Source: Actinomycetota bacterium
GTDB taxonomy: Bacteria; Actinomycetota; Acidimicrobiia; Acidimicrobiales; SZUA-35
Length of the DNA stretch: 64,000 nt
Assembly: GCA_039195375.1 (NCBI GenBank)
Contig: JBCCVL010000004.1
Location: 8,173 to 72,172, forward strand
Reading direction: 5' to 3'
Notes under the pieces: model-generated
What the model saw: only the letters and a program-made list of their open reading frames with translations
Database searches by the model: none
What the model was told of the DNA's origin: nothing
Translations under genes and position numbers: made by a program
Part shown: positions 37,325 through 47,331 of the stretch, in pieces
How positions within the stretch are numbered: position 1 is the stretch's first letter
How the letters are laid out: every line of letters begins with the position of its first letter

Positions 37325-38770
37325 ATGAGCAGCACACGGAACCTCCGAGTCCTCCCCGCCGTGATCGTGACCTCGCTGGTCGTCGCCGCCTGCGGGGCGG
37401 CGGGGTCGTCGGCGGACGACGCCGTACCGTCAACCGTCGACCGCCAGGTCGAGGGGGCCGGTGCCGGCGATCCGGGCGGTCCCGACGGACAGACCGACAC
37501 CGGCGATCCAGGCGACCTCGACCCGGCCGACCTCGACCCGGCCGACCTCGACACCGCCATGAGTCGCATCGCCGTCGCCTACGACCGGATCGACGGTGCC
37601 TGGACGGGCTTCGTCCCGAACGAGCACCCGGTCGTGCTCGCCTGGAAGGCCCCCGATGGCACCCTGTTGTCCGCCATCACCATCAACCACCCCGACCCTG
37701 GCGCCATCGGGTCGGCGACCCCGGTCGAGGTCGACGGGTTCACCCCCGGTACGGTCCACCGGATCGACGACGTCGGCGCGGGCGCCGCCGAACGTCTCGA
37801 CGGGATCGACACGTTCGACTTCGGGACCGAGATCGGCGGTGTCGACTCGTTCGTGCAGGTGGCCGGCGGCCCGGACGCCTTCTTCGACCCGACCACCGTC
37901 GACTACGCCAGCACGCTGCTGCACGAGCTGTTCCACCGCTACCAGTTCCAGTCGTTCGCCGCCGGCGACGGGCCCCAGGATGTCGAGGGATACGACTACC
38001 GGGCCTCGAACCTGGAGCTGGCGGCGCTGGAGGAACGGGCGCTGTCGGCCGCACTGGCTGCTGCGGGTGACGGCGACGCCGATCGGCGGGACGAGGCCGC
38101 TCGCCGGTTCGTCGCCATCCGCCTGACCCGTCTGGACGCCGACGAGCGGGTCCGGCTCGACGAGTCGCAGGAGGCGCTGGAGGGCACGGCGAGGTTCCTC
38201 GAGCACCGGCTCGGCCGGACCGACGACGCCTACACCTATCACGACGGCAACTTCGCCGCCGAGCTCAGAACCGACCCGACGACCGGACCGGTCAAGGAGC
38301 ACTATGGGTTCGGTCGCTGGTATGCGACCGGCGCCGCCGTGGTCCACCTGGCCGAGTCGGCCGGGGCCGACGACGTCGCCGCCCGGGTCGAGGACGGGGC
38401 CAGCCCGGCCGAGGTGCTCCGCCAGGCGCTCGGGCTCGACGGCGCCCCCGACGCCACGATCGCCGAGCTGGTGGCCGACGCCCGCCTGGCCTACGACCCC
38501 GACGGCGAGCTGCCGGACCTGGCGGTGGAGGCCGCCGCCACCGCCGAGGACGAGGGTCCGGTCTTCGGCGGGGACGGGAACGGCGACGGTGACAGCGACT
38601 CCCGCGGCGAGAGCGACGTCGACGGCGTCGAGACCGACGGCGATGGGGACGGGATGGCGATCACCGACGAGGAGCTTGCCTGTCTCGACGACTTCGGCGT
38701 CGAGTTGGAGCCGGACGACGACGGCTTCGTCGAGATCCCCGATGATGCCGTCGAGGCCTGCTTCGCTTGA
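37325..38770 (+). CDS. Secreted lipoprotein with an HExxH motif (putative metallopeptidase) and an acidic Cys-containing tail
   Basis: Lipobox SLVVAAC. LLHELFHRYQF. The tail is GDGNGDGDSDSRGESDVDG...ELACLDD...VEACFA. Confidence 0.6.
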   Translation: MSSTRNLRVLPAVIVTSLVVAACGAAGSSADDAVPSTVDRQVEGAGAGDPGGPDGQTDTGDPGDLDPADLDPADLDTAMSRIAVAYDRIDGAWTGFVPNEHPVVLAWKAPDGTLLSAITINHPDPGAIGSATPVEVDGFTPGTVHRIDDVGAGAAERLDGIDTFDFGTEIGGVDSFVQVAGGPDAFFDPTTVDYASTLLHELFHRYQFQSFAAGDGPQDVEGYDYRASNLELAALEERALSAALAAAGDGDADRRDEAARRFVAIRLTRLDADERVRLDESQEALEGTARFLEHRLGRTDDAYTYHDGNFAAELRTDPTTGPVKEHYGFGRWYATGAAVVHLAESAGADDVAARVEDGASPAEVLRQALGLDGAPDATIAELVADARLAYDPDGELPDLAVEAAATAEDEGPVFGGDGNGDGDSDSRGESDVDGVETDGDGDGMAITDEELACLDDFGVELEPDDDGFVEIPDDAVEACFA

Positions 38771-38865
38771 GCCTGGCCTGAGCCCGGTCCGAGCCCGGCC
38801 GATCGACCGCCGACCGACCGTCGACCGGCCCGCCGGAGCCGGATGGCGGTCGGTAGCGTGGGGCG

Positions 38866-40287
38866 GTGAGCAAGCGGTACGCACAGGTCCTGGTCTTCGT
38901 CACCTCGGGGGCGGTGCTGGTCCTGGAGATCCTGGCCGGCCGGTTGATGGCCCCCTACGTCGGCGTCTCCCTCGAGACCTTCACCGGGATCATCGGCACG
39001 ATCCTCGCCGGCATCGCCCTCGGCGCCGCCGTCGGCGGGAGCCTGGCCGACCGCCACGACCCCAACAAGCTGATCGGCCCGGCGCTCATGCTCGGGGGGA
39101 TCCTCGCCTGGATCTCGATCCCGGTGGTGACGGTGCTCGGGCCCGGGCTCGGCAACGCGGTCCCCGCCATCATCCTCCTCGCCTTCTTCGGCTTCTTCCC
39201 CTCGGCCCTCGTGCTGAGCGCCATCAGCCCGATGGTGGCCAAACTGCGGCTGCAGAGTCTGGAGGAGACCGGCGAAGTCGTCGGTGGCCTGTCGGCCGCC
39301 GGCACCTTCGGCGCCCTGTTCGGCACGTTCTTCACCGGCTTCGTCCTCGTGTCGGCCGCGCCGACCCGCCCGGTCGTCATCGTGGTCGGCATGGCGTTGC
39401 TGGTCTGGGGGGCGGCGTTCCACCTGCGCCGCGGGTTCGACCTCAGCGCCCGCTACGGCCTCGGCGGCATGGCCGCCCTGTTCCTGGCGCTGGTCGCCGT
39501 CGATCCCTGCGAGTTCGAGTCGGCCTACGCCTGCGGCCGGGTCGTCGCCGACGAGACCGACGAGTCGATCCGGTTCCTCCATCTCGACACCCTGCGCCAC
39601 GGCGCCGTCGACCTCGACGATCCGACCCACCTCGAGTTCCGCTACATCAAGCTGATCGGCGACGTGATCGACGCCATGCCGGACGGCCCCATCGACAGCC
39701 TGCACGTCGGCGGCGGTGCCTTCTCCCTCCCGGCCTACATCAACGCAACCAGACCCGGCTCGACCAACCTGGTTTCGGAGATCGATCCGCTGCTCGTCGA
39801 CGTCGGCCGCGATGAGCTCGGCCTCGTCACCGGCGACGACCTCGAGATCATCACCGGCGATGCCCGTCTCGCCATCCCCGACCTCGACGACGACGCCTAC
39901 GACCTCATCATCGGCGACGTCTACGGCGGACTGGCCGTCCCCTGGCACCTGACGACCACCGAGTTCATCGCCGAGCTCGACCGGGTCCTCCGGCCCGGTG
40001 GGATCTACGTCATGAACGCGATCGACGGCGATGAGAACCGATTCGTCGAGGCCCAGTTGGCCACCCTGGCGGAGCACTTCGAGCACCGGACGGTGATCGT
40101 CCCGCCCGAGTGGCCGACCGTCCGCCCCGCCAACCAGATCCTGATCGCCTCACACGAGCCGCTCCCCGCGATCGTCGTCGATGCCGACGACGGTTCGCTC
40201 ATCGACGACGTGGTGGCGTTCACCGGCGATGCCCCGGTCCTGCGCGACGACTTCGCCCCCGTCGAGCAGCTCGCCGCCAACCTCTAG
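38866..40287 (+). CDS. Fused polytopic membrane / spermidine-synthase-like (class I methyltransferase-fold) protein
   Basis: About 7 N-terminal TM segments, then a polyamine aminopropyltransferase-like region (HVGGGAFSLPAY, DLIIGDVYGG). Confidence 0.7.
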   Translation: MSKRYAQVLVFVTSGAVLVLEILAGRLMAPYVGVSLETFTGIIGTILAGIALGAAVGGSLADRHDPNKLIGPALMLGGILAWISIPVVTVLGPGLGNAVPAIILLAFFGFFPSALVLSAISPMVAKLRLQSLEETGEVVGGLSAAGTFGALFGTFFTGFVLVSAAPTRPVVIVVGMALLVWGAAFHLRRGFDLSARYGLGGMAALFLALVAVDPCEFESAYACGRVVADETDESIRFLHLDTLRHGAVDLDDPTHLEFRYIKLIGDVIDAMPDGPIDSLHVGGGAFSLPAYINATRPGSTNLVSEIDPLLVDVGRDELGLVTGDDLEIITGDARLAIPDLDDDAYDLIIGDVYGGLAVPWHLTTTEFIAELDRVLRPGGIYVMNAIDGDENRFVEAQLATLAEHFEHRTVIVPPEWPTVRPANQILIASHEPLPAIVVDADDGSLIDDVVAFTGDAPVLRDDFAPVEQLAANL

Positions 40288-40442
40288 CACCGGCCTCCAG
40301 ACCTCGCACCTCCCTGGCCGCCGTCGGCGGAGGAGAGCCATCGAGAGAAGAAGGCTCCAGCTCTGCCCTCGGGGCCTCCAACCCCTCAAAGATCGCGCCG
40401 TCGCGGCCGATCGGGTTCGTGAAACCCGAGGAGACGACGACC

Positions 40443-43400
40443 GTGCATCGAGCCGACAAGCGTGGAGGCGCGCCAATCGATGCTCCGTCGCGCCCACGAA
40501 CGTTGGCTGTTCTCGCCCTTGGAGTCGGCGCCTGCTACCTGTGGTGGCGGACCACCACGCTCGGCTCCGGCTCCCAGCTGGCCATCGCCGTGCCGGTGCT
40601 CGTGCTGGAGTTCTGGGCCTACGTCGAGCTGCTCCTGCTGACGCTCCAGTCCTGGCGCCTTCCACCGGCCACCGCCCGAAGCCGGAGCGGACGACCGGAC
40701 GGCACCGTCGACATCGTTGTCATCGCCGCCGGCGCCGACCCGGACGACCTGGAACGTACGCTGATCTCGTGCCGGGCGGTCCGGGGCCGCGACCGCATCA
40801 TCGTCGTCGACGACGAGCGGCGGATCCGTCACCGCGCCCTCGCCACCGACGCCGGCGCCTCGTACCGGATCGACCGAAGGGCCCTCTCCGCCCCCGGACT
40901 GGCCGCTCACCGGAACACCACCGCTGCGCTGTACCTGTGGCTGATGGCGGGGCAGCTCCCCACCGCCGATCTGCTCGAGGTCGCCGGCCCCCGCTTCGTC
41001 GAACGCGATCTGGCCGTGTGCCAGCTCGCCATCCGCCTGCTGAACCAGGAGGACCTGGCCCACCTCGGGCGCGACGCCGACGACGATGCCCTCGTCAACA
41101 ACGTGGTCGGCCCCGGCCTCTCCCGCTGGGGTGCGGGACCGTGGATCGGCCCAGCCTCGGTCGTTCGGCGCCGGGCCATCGAAGCGATCGGCGGATTCGA
41201 CCGTCACGTCCCGATCGACCGCCTCGGCGCCAGGCTCCACGGGGCCGGCTGGACGACGGCGTTCGAGCGACGCCAGCTCGTGGCCGCCACCGCTCCCGAG
41301 TCGATCGACCTGTACCTGGCCAAGCGCCGACGGGACGGCGGGGCCGCGCTCTCGGTCCTGCTCTCGCCCGATGGCCCCCTGAACCCTCGGCACGCCATGA
41401 CCGTCGGCCAGCGGGTGGCCCACCTCGCCGCCGCCGCTCGGCACGCCACGAGCCTCCGCCTCCTCGGCCTGGCCACCGCCGCGGTGGCCGTCGTGCTCAG
41501 CGGCGCGTTCCCGGCCGAGACGCCGGCCTTTGCGCTGCTCGTCTCCTGGGCGGCCGTCACCGCCCTGTCGTCGGCGGCCAAGCGAGCCCTGGCCCGGGGC
41601 ACGATGGGCTACGGCGATTGGCTCCGGCAGGGCTGGAGGGTCCTCGGGGCCGACGTCGCCGCCGCCGTCGATGCGGCAACCAAGCGGGTCGGGACGACCG
41701 TCGTCGACGTCGAACCGGACCGGGCCACCGGCGGGTGGCGGTCGTTGCTACACCTGCCGCTGGTCCAGATCGTCGTGCTGACGGTCGACGCCGCCCTGCT
41801 CGTCCGGGCCGCCAGCCTGCTCGATCGCGACCTGCTGCCAGCCTTCACCGGCGCCCAGCGGGTGGTCACCATCGGCTTCGCCATCGCCCTGCTGGTCCCG
41901 ATCGTCGACATGCTGCAGGTCATCGTGGTCCGTCAGCAGCAGCGGACGAGCTACCGGATCCAGGCCGAGCTCGACGCCACGGTCGACGGCACCCCGGCCC
42001 GCACCGTCGACATCACCCCGGAGGGTGCCGGCGTGCTGCTCGCCGCCGAGCCCGCGATCGGCTCCACCGTGTCGCTCGAGATCTCGCTGCCCGGCGCCGA
42101 TGGCGTCATCCGCCGGATCGTGGCCACCGCCGTCACCCGCGCCGCAAGACCGGAGGGCACCGACCGGTGGCGGGCCGGGTTCGAGCTGACCCAGATGGCG
42201 GCCCCGGCCAGGCAGGCGTTGGTTGCGTTCTGCGCCGAGCTGGAGTCGGACGACATCGACGAGGACCAGGCCACGGCCCTCGATCCCGTCGCGGCCCAGG
42301 AGCTGCGTCGCCGCCGGTCGCTCCGCCGGATCACCCTCGGTGCCGGCGTTGCCGGCCTGGCGACGATGGTCTTCGGCCCGACCGTCGCCTCCGCCTCGAC
42401 CACCACCCCCCATCTCGTCGAGTCCGTCTGCGTCGTCGACCCGGACGGCGGTCCCGTCCCCGAGGTCGGGATCAGCCGCCTGACCGGCGACGTCGCCGAC
42501 GTCCTCGGCGCCACGACCCTGACCGGCTGCCTCGATGTCGGCGCCGTCGAGACCACCACCGGGTTCACGATCGACCACCGGGGCCTGGTCCACGAGCTCC
42601 AGCCGGCCGACTACCGCACGACGGAGGCCGTGGTCACGCTGCGCCGCTGGGCGGTCCGGGTCTACGACCTCGATGCGACTCCCCGTGGCGACGTCGAGGT
42701 CCGGTACTTCAGCGACCGCTGGTTGGCCACGGCGCCGCCGACCGCCGTTGACGAGGGCCACCGGTTCGATGCGCCACCGGTCGACGGCGGCGCACTCTCG
42801 GTCGAGGTCACACTCGACGGGTCCCGCCTGGTCCGGGCCTTCGGTGCCGACGGTGTGATCGTGCTGTCGCGGGTCCGGCTGGAGCCCGAGGTCGACGAGG
42901 CCGGTCAGCCGGTGACCACCTGGCTCGACCGCGGTCGTGGCTGGGAGCCGGCGGGCGACGGCATGGAGTTGGTGCCGGGCCGGATCGTGGTCCGGACCGG
43001 TGACGGCACCATCCTGCGCCTCGACGTGCCCGAGGCGTCCGAGCTGCGGCTGCCGGCCGGTGACATCGTGCCCGTCGAGGTCGAGCTGCCCGAGCTGCCG
43101 GTCGACGAGCAACCCCAGCAACCGGCCGACGGCGAGGTGCCGGCCGACGACCCGGACGGCGGTCCGCTCGACGACCCGATCGAGGGAACCACGTCGACCT
43201 CGGTCGTCGACGAGGACACCCCGGCCTCGACCGCAGTGCCGACCGACGACGGTGACGTCTCGACATCGGAGCCGGCGTCCGAGCCAGGCGACGCCGTCGA
43301 TCCCGGCTCCACCTCGACGGCACCGCCGTCGGCCGAGCCGACGCCGACCACGGTCCCGTCCACCACCTCACCGACCCCCTCGCCGTCCTCGACCGCACCG

Positions 43401-43508
43401 ACGACGGCGCCGCCAACGGACGTATCGTCCTCGACGACGGCGACGACCGGTGGGGCCGAGACGTCGTCGACCGCCACCGGCGGTGATCCCGGAGGCGGCG
43501 GTCCATGA
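40443..43508 (+). CDS. BcsA-like GT2-family membrane protein with a PilZ domain and a roughly 430-aa extracytoplasmic S/T/P-tailed C-terminus; catalytic motifs look degenerate
   Basis: SD GAGGAG (40428-40433) before GTG 40443. Two TM segments, then a GT2-like region (VDIVVIAAG..IIVVDDERR, GPASVVRRRAIEAIGGF). PilZ: RQQQR, 21 aa, DITPEG. A further TM segment (ITLGAGVAGLATMVFG) is followed by the C-terminal region. Confidence 0.7.
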   Translation: MHRADKRGGAPIDAPSRPRTLAVLALGVGACYLWWRTTTLGSGSQLAIAVPVLVLEFWAYVELLLLTLQSWRLPPATARSRSGRPDGTVDIVVIAAGADPDDLERTLISCRAVRGRDRIIVVDDERRIRHRALATDAGASYRIDRRALSAPGLAAHRNTTAALYLWLMAGQLPTADLLEVAGPRFVERDLAVCQLAIRLLNQEDLAHLGRDADDDALVNNVVGPGLSRWGAGPWIGPASVVRRRAIEAIGGFDRHVPIDRLGARLHGAGWTTAFERRQLVAATAPESIDLYLAKRRRDGGAALSVLLSPDGPLNPRHAMTVGQRVAHLAAAARHATSLRLLGLATAAVAVVLSGAFPAETPAFALLVSWAAVTALSSAAKRALARGTMGYGDWLRQGWRVLGADVAAAVDAATKRVGTTVVDVEPDRATGGWRSLLHLPLVQIVVLTVDAALLVRAASLLDRDLLPAFTGAQRVVTIGFAIALLVPIVDMLQVIVVRQQQRTSYRIQAELDATVDGTPARTVDITPEGAGVLLAAEPAIGSTVSLEISLPGADGVIRRIVATAVTRAARPEGTDRWRAGFELTQMAAPARQALVAFCAELESDDIDEDQATALDPVAAQELRRRRSLRRITLGAGVAGLATMVFGPTVASASTTTPHLVESVCVVDPDGGPVPEVGISRLTGDVADVLGATTLTGCLDVGAVETTTGFTIDHRGLVHELQPADYRTTEAVVTLRRWAVRVYDLDATPRGDVEVRYFSDRWLATAPPTAVDEGHRFDAPPVDGGALSVEVTLDGSRLVRAFGADGVIVLSRVRLEPEVDEAGQPVTTWLDRGRGWEPAGDGMELVPGRIVVRTGDGTILRLDVPEASELRLPAGDIVPVEVELPELPVDEQPQQPADGEVPADDPDGGPLDDPIEGTTSTSVVDEDTPASTAVPTDDGDVSTSEPASEPGDAVDPGSTSTAPPSAEPTPTTVPSTTSPTPSPSSTAPTTAPPTDVSSSTTATTGGAETSSTATGGDPGGGGP

Positions 43509-44086
43509 GCGTCCGCCGACTGCTGTTCAGCGTCCTCGGTGCTGCCATCGTGCTCGGCGCCGCCGGGTTGCTGACCCTGCGTGCCGTGACCACGTCGAGC
43601 GCCCGACTCAGCGCCTCGACCTCGGGGTCGGGCACGTTCGAGGCCGGCACCGTCGACCTCGCGCAGCCGGAGTCGATCGTCAACCTGCTGTTCGACGCAG
43701 ACGGCCTCTACCCCGGGGTCGTGATCCCGTCGTGTCTGGTGATCGGCTACGACGGCAGTCTCGACGCCGGCGTCCGCCTGCACGCAGCCAACGCCGGGGG
43801 CGACGGGCTGGAGGACCACGTCGACCTGCGGCTGTGGCTCCGGCGCTCCGGCGACTGCCCGGACGACGCAGGCCAGACCGCCGCCGACCGGGGACCGCCG
43901 ACCTTCGACGGACTCCTCGGCGACCTCTGGCGCACCCACCCCGACTACGACCGTGGCCTGATCCTCATCGATCAGGCCACAGCCGGCGATCGCCTGGTAC
44001 TCGACGCCGAGGTGGAGCTGCGCCACGACCCCGACGCCCAGGGTCGGACGACCGAGTTCACCATCACCCTCGAGGCCAGGCCATGA
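43505..44086 (+). CDS. TasA/camelysin-like protein 1 with a SipW-type signal peptide
   Basis: ATGA overlap with the upstream gene. Signal anchor plus ...SGSGTFEAGTVDL..., a YPG strand, and a C-terminal EFTITLEA. Two Cys. Confidence 0.65.
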   Translation: MSVRRLLFSVLGAAIVLGAAGLLTLRAVTTSSARLSASTSGSGTFEAGTVDLAQPESIVNLLFDADGLYPGVVIPSCLVIGYDGSLDAGVRLHAANAGGDGLEDHVDLRLWLRRSGDCPDDAGQTAADRGPPTFDGLLGDLWRTHPDYDRGLILIDQATAGDRLVLDAEVELRHDPDAQGRTTEFTITLEARP

Positions 44087-47000
44087 GGTGGCTCACTGGC
44101 ATCCCGCTCGATCGGGTCCGTCGCGCCGCAGCGAGACCGGACCAGCTGGCGCGCCTGGTCGCCGGCTTCGTCGCCTACCTCTACCTCGCCGTCGTGTTGT
44201 TGCTCGGCGCATGGCTGGTGGTCATCAGCCTGACGACCGGCTGGCGGCCGGTGGTGATCACCGGTGGCTCGATGCTGCCGACGCTTCGGGTCGGCGACGT
44301 CCTCCTGGTCGAGGACCACCCGGACGGGCTCCTCGGCCAGCGCTCGGTCATCACCTTCGAGCCGACCAGGGGCGATGGGGCGATCACCCACCGCATCCAC
44401 GAGGTGTTGCCCGAGTCCCAGACCTACCTCACCAAGGGCGACGCCAACGCCGACGTCGACAGCGATCCGGTCAGCCCGTCGCAGGTGCTCGGGGTCGGAC
44501 GGCTGGTCATCCCGCTGCTCGGCCTGCCCGTCATCTGGGGGCTGAACGGCGACTGGCCGGCTCTGGCCGCCATCGGTGTGCTCTCGATCGGTGCCGTCGT
44601 CATCGTGGTGTCCAACGCCGTCGGTGACCGGTCGAGCAACCGGTCCGGGTCGGGGCGGACCTCGGAGATGGCGAACCGGGGGATCCGCCGCGTCCGGTTC
44701 CTGGCCGGCCTCATGATCGTCAGTGGCCTGTACCTCGACGGCTCCAGCATCGAGGAGGTCGGCTGGGGGCCCGGCCGCAACCAGGTGGTGGCCCTCACCC
44801 TCGCCGTGCTGATCGCCGTCAACCTGATCTCGACCACCGCCTCCAGCCGGGGTCGCCACCTCGGTCGTGATGGCCCGCCCGACTGGCTCGTCCTGGCCGA
44901 GCTCGGCGCCGACACCGTCCTCGCCGGCGTCCTGATCGCCCTCACCGGCGGCTCGGGCATCGCCTGGGCCTTCATCGCCCTGCCGATCGTCGAGGCCGCC
45001 GTGCGGTTCCGACTGGTTGGCGCACTCCTCCACTGGGTCCTGATGACGCTGCTCACCGTCGGGGCCCGCTTGTTCGCGCTCGACCGCGGCGGCGTGCCGC
45101 TGTCGGAGATCATCAACGAGCTGGAGCAGTTGCTCGACCAGCTCGGGATCCTCCTGCTGCTGGTCATCCCCGGCGCCTACCTGACCGAGCAGCTCGTCAC
45201 CGACGTGATCCGCCAGGATCGGGCCACCGCGGTCGCCATCGAGCGGGCCCGGCTGCTCGAGAAGGTGGCCGAGACCGGCTACGAACTGAACCGGATCGGC
45301 AACGAGCTGTTCCAGACCCTCACCAGGGCCGTGACGTCGCTCGGGTTCGACCTCGGCGACGCTCATCTGCTGCTACCGGACGGGCGCTGGAAGGCGCTGG
45401 CTGCGTCACCCATCGAGCGGGATCGGGCGTTGCCGGAACCCGGCGAGGCCGGGAGCGGTCTCCGCACGGACGACCTCGGCATGAACGAGGTCCTCGTCGA
45501 CCACGACGATCCCGAGTTGTCCGAGGTCCTCAGCCTGCAGGCCCACGACCTGGAGATGCTGGCCCGGCTGACCGTGTCGACCGAGGAGGGGCGCCACGTC
45601 GTCGTCCGGGCCGCCAACCTGACCGGTTCCGGCCTCCGGGCCGGCAGCATCGATGCGCTCCGCCTCCTGACCGGCCAGGCCGCGGTGGCGATGCAGAACG
45701 AGCAGCTCGTCGACGAGCTGCAGGGCGTCCAGGAGGAGCTGGCCCAGCAGGCGTTGCACGACGCGCTGACCGGGCTGCCGAACCGGGCGCAGTTCCTCGA
45801 TCGGCTCGAGCGGGGCCTGGCGATGGCAACCGACCCCGAGCGGCGTCATGTCGTGATGTTCATGGACCTCAACGGGTTCAAGGCGATCAACGACTCGCTC
45901 GGTCACGATGCCGGCGATGCGCTGCTCATCGGGGTGGCCGGCCGGCTCACGTCTGCGGTCGCCGACGACGGCCTGGTCGCCCGGCTCGGCGGCGACGAGT
46001 TCACCGTGCTGTTGGAGCCGGTGGCCGACATCAACCGGGCCATGGCGGTGGCCCAACGCATCCACGATGCGGTGGCCGAACCGTTCCAACTCGGCGACGA
46101 GCGGGCCGAGGTCAGCGGCAGCATCGGGCTGGCCCCGGCCGAGCTCGGGCTCGGCGGGAGTGAGATCCTGCGCCGGGCCGACGTGGCCATGTATGCCGCG
46201 AAGTCGTCGAGGGCAACGCCCCGCATCACGATCTACCATGCCTCGCTCGACGGGCAGGACCAGCGGCGTGGTCGGCTCAGCGCCGAGTTCGTCAAGGCGC
46301 TCGAAGCCGGTGAGCTGCACCTCGTCTACCAGCCCCTCGTCGACCGCGACGGCGACATCCGTGGCGTCGAGGCGCTCCTGCGCTGGACCCACCGCGAGAT
46401 GGGGCCCGTCAGCACCGCCACCATCCTCGAACTGGCCGAGGCCGCCGACCGGGTCGACGAGCTGGCCGCCTTCATCTTCGGCACCGCGACGGCCAGCATC
46501 GCCGGGCTCGGTATCCCCCGCCACGTCGACTTCACCCTGGCGGTCAACGTCACCCCGACCGAGTTGGGCTCCCCGAACCTGGTCGAGTTGGTTCGCCAGT
46601 CGCTGGCCGACAGCCGTCTCGGAGCCGAACGGCTGATCATCGAGCTCAACGAGCGGGTGGTGGCCGACGGCGAGGGCTCGCTCGACAACATCCACCGGGT
46701 CGTCGCCATGGGGGTCCGGCTCGCCCTCGACGACTTCGGCGAGGGACGTACCTCACTCGGGCACCTCCGTGGCCTGCCGATCAGCCAGCTCAAGCTCGAC
46801 CTCGGCCTGGTGCAGCAGGCGGCCGAGTCCGACTCGGATCGCATCATCCTCGACTCGATGGTTGGCCTGGCCCACGACCTGCAGTTCGAGGTCGTAGCCG
46901 AGGGCATCGAGACCGAGAAGCAGCTGGAGGTCGTGCTCGGCGCCGGCGCTGATCTCCTCCAGGGGTACGGTCTCTACCGGCCGATGGAGCTCGATCGGCT

Positions 47001-47331
47001 CCGTCGGGTGCTCGGCGAGTTCGACCTGACCGGGCCGGTGACCCGGGCACTTCCCTTGCGTCCGCCAACGGGCCCGGGCCCGATCTCGGCGACGCGGCCG
47101 CCCCCGATGCCGACGCCGATCGTCGTCGACGAACCGGTCGCCCCGGTCGAACCGGCCATGCCCGAGGCCCCGACCAGACCGCCGGCCCGGGGCCCGGATC
47201 CGCCGGTTGCGATGTTGGCCGGCTCGCCCGGTGATGTCGGACCGCCGATCGATGATCCGCCGGCCGATCGGCGGTCGGTTCCGGCACCGCCGGCGCCCCC
47301 GACCCCGCCGAGCAGACGGGGGGTTGGCTGA
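44083..47331 (+). CDS. SipW-type (S26B) signal peptidase I fused to a polytopic membrane domain, a GGDEF domain and an EAL domain
   Basis: ATGA overlap. Peptidase: ITGGSMLPT, AITHRIHEV, TKGDANADVDSD. At least 6 further TM segments. GGDEF: NGFKAINDSLGHDAGD...RLGGDEFTV (about 45988-46002). EAL: YQPLV...EALLRW (46369), DDFGEGRTSLGHL, LKLD, VAEGIET, QGY. Pro-rich tail. Confidence 0.85.
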   Translation: MRWLTGIPLDRVRRAAARPDQLARLVAGFVAYLYLAVVLLLGAWLVVISLTTGWRPVVITGGSMLPTLRVGDVLLVEDHPDGLLGQRSVITFEPTRGDGAITHRIHEVLPESQTYLTKGDANADVDSDPVSPSQVLGVGRLVIPLLGLPVIWGLNGDWPALAAIGVLSIGAVVIVVSNAVGDRSSNRSGSGRTSEMANRGIRRVRFLAGLMIVSGLYLDGSSIEEVGWGPGRNQVVALTLAVLIAVNLISTTASSRGRHLGRDGPPDWLVLAELGADTVLAGVLIALTGGSGIAWAFIALPIVEAAVRFRLVGALLHWVLMTLLTVGARLFALDRGGVPLSEIINELEQLLDQLGILLLLVIPGAYLTEQLVTDVIRQDRATAVAIERARLLEKVAETGYELNRIGNELFQTLTRAVTSLGFDLGDAHLLLPDGRWKALAASPIERDRALPEPGEAGSGLRTDDLGMNEVLVDHDDPELSEVLSLQAHDLEMLARLTVSTEEGRHVVVRAANLTGSGLRAGSIDALRLLTGQAAVAMQNEQLVDELQGVQEELAQQALHDALTGLPNRAQFLDRLERGLAMATDPERRHVVMFMDLNGFKAINDSLGHDAGDALLIGVAGRLTSAVADDGLVARLGGDEFTVLLEPVADINRAMAVAQRIHDAVAEPFQLGDERAEVSGSIGLAPAELGLGGSEILRRADVAMYAAKSSRATPRITIYHASLDGQDQRRGRLSAEFVKALEAGELHLVYQPLVDRDGDIRGVEALLRWTHREMGPVSTATILELAEAADRVDELAAFIFGTATASIAGLGIPRHVDFTLAVNVTPTELGSPNLVELVRQSLADSRLGAERLIIELNERVVADGEGSLDNIHRVVAMGVRLALDDFGEGRTSLGHLRGLPISQLKLDLGLVQQAAESDSDRIILDSMVGLAHDLQFEVVAEGIETEKQLEVVLGAGADLLQGYGLYRPMELDRLRRVLGEFDLTGPVTRALPLRPPTGPGPISATRPPPMPTPIVVDEPVAPVEPAMPEAPTRPPARGPDPPVAMLAGSPGDVGPPIDDPPADRRSVPAPPAPPTPPSRRGVG

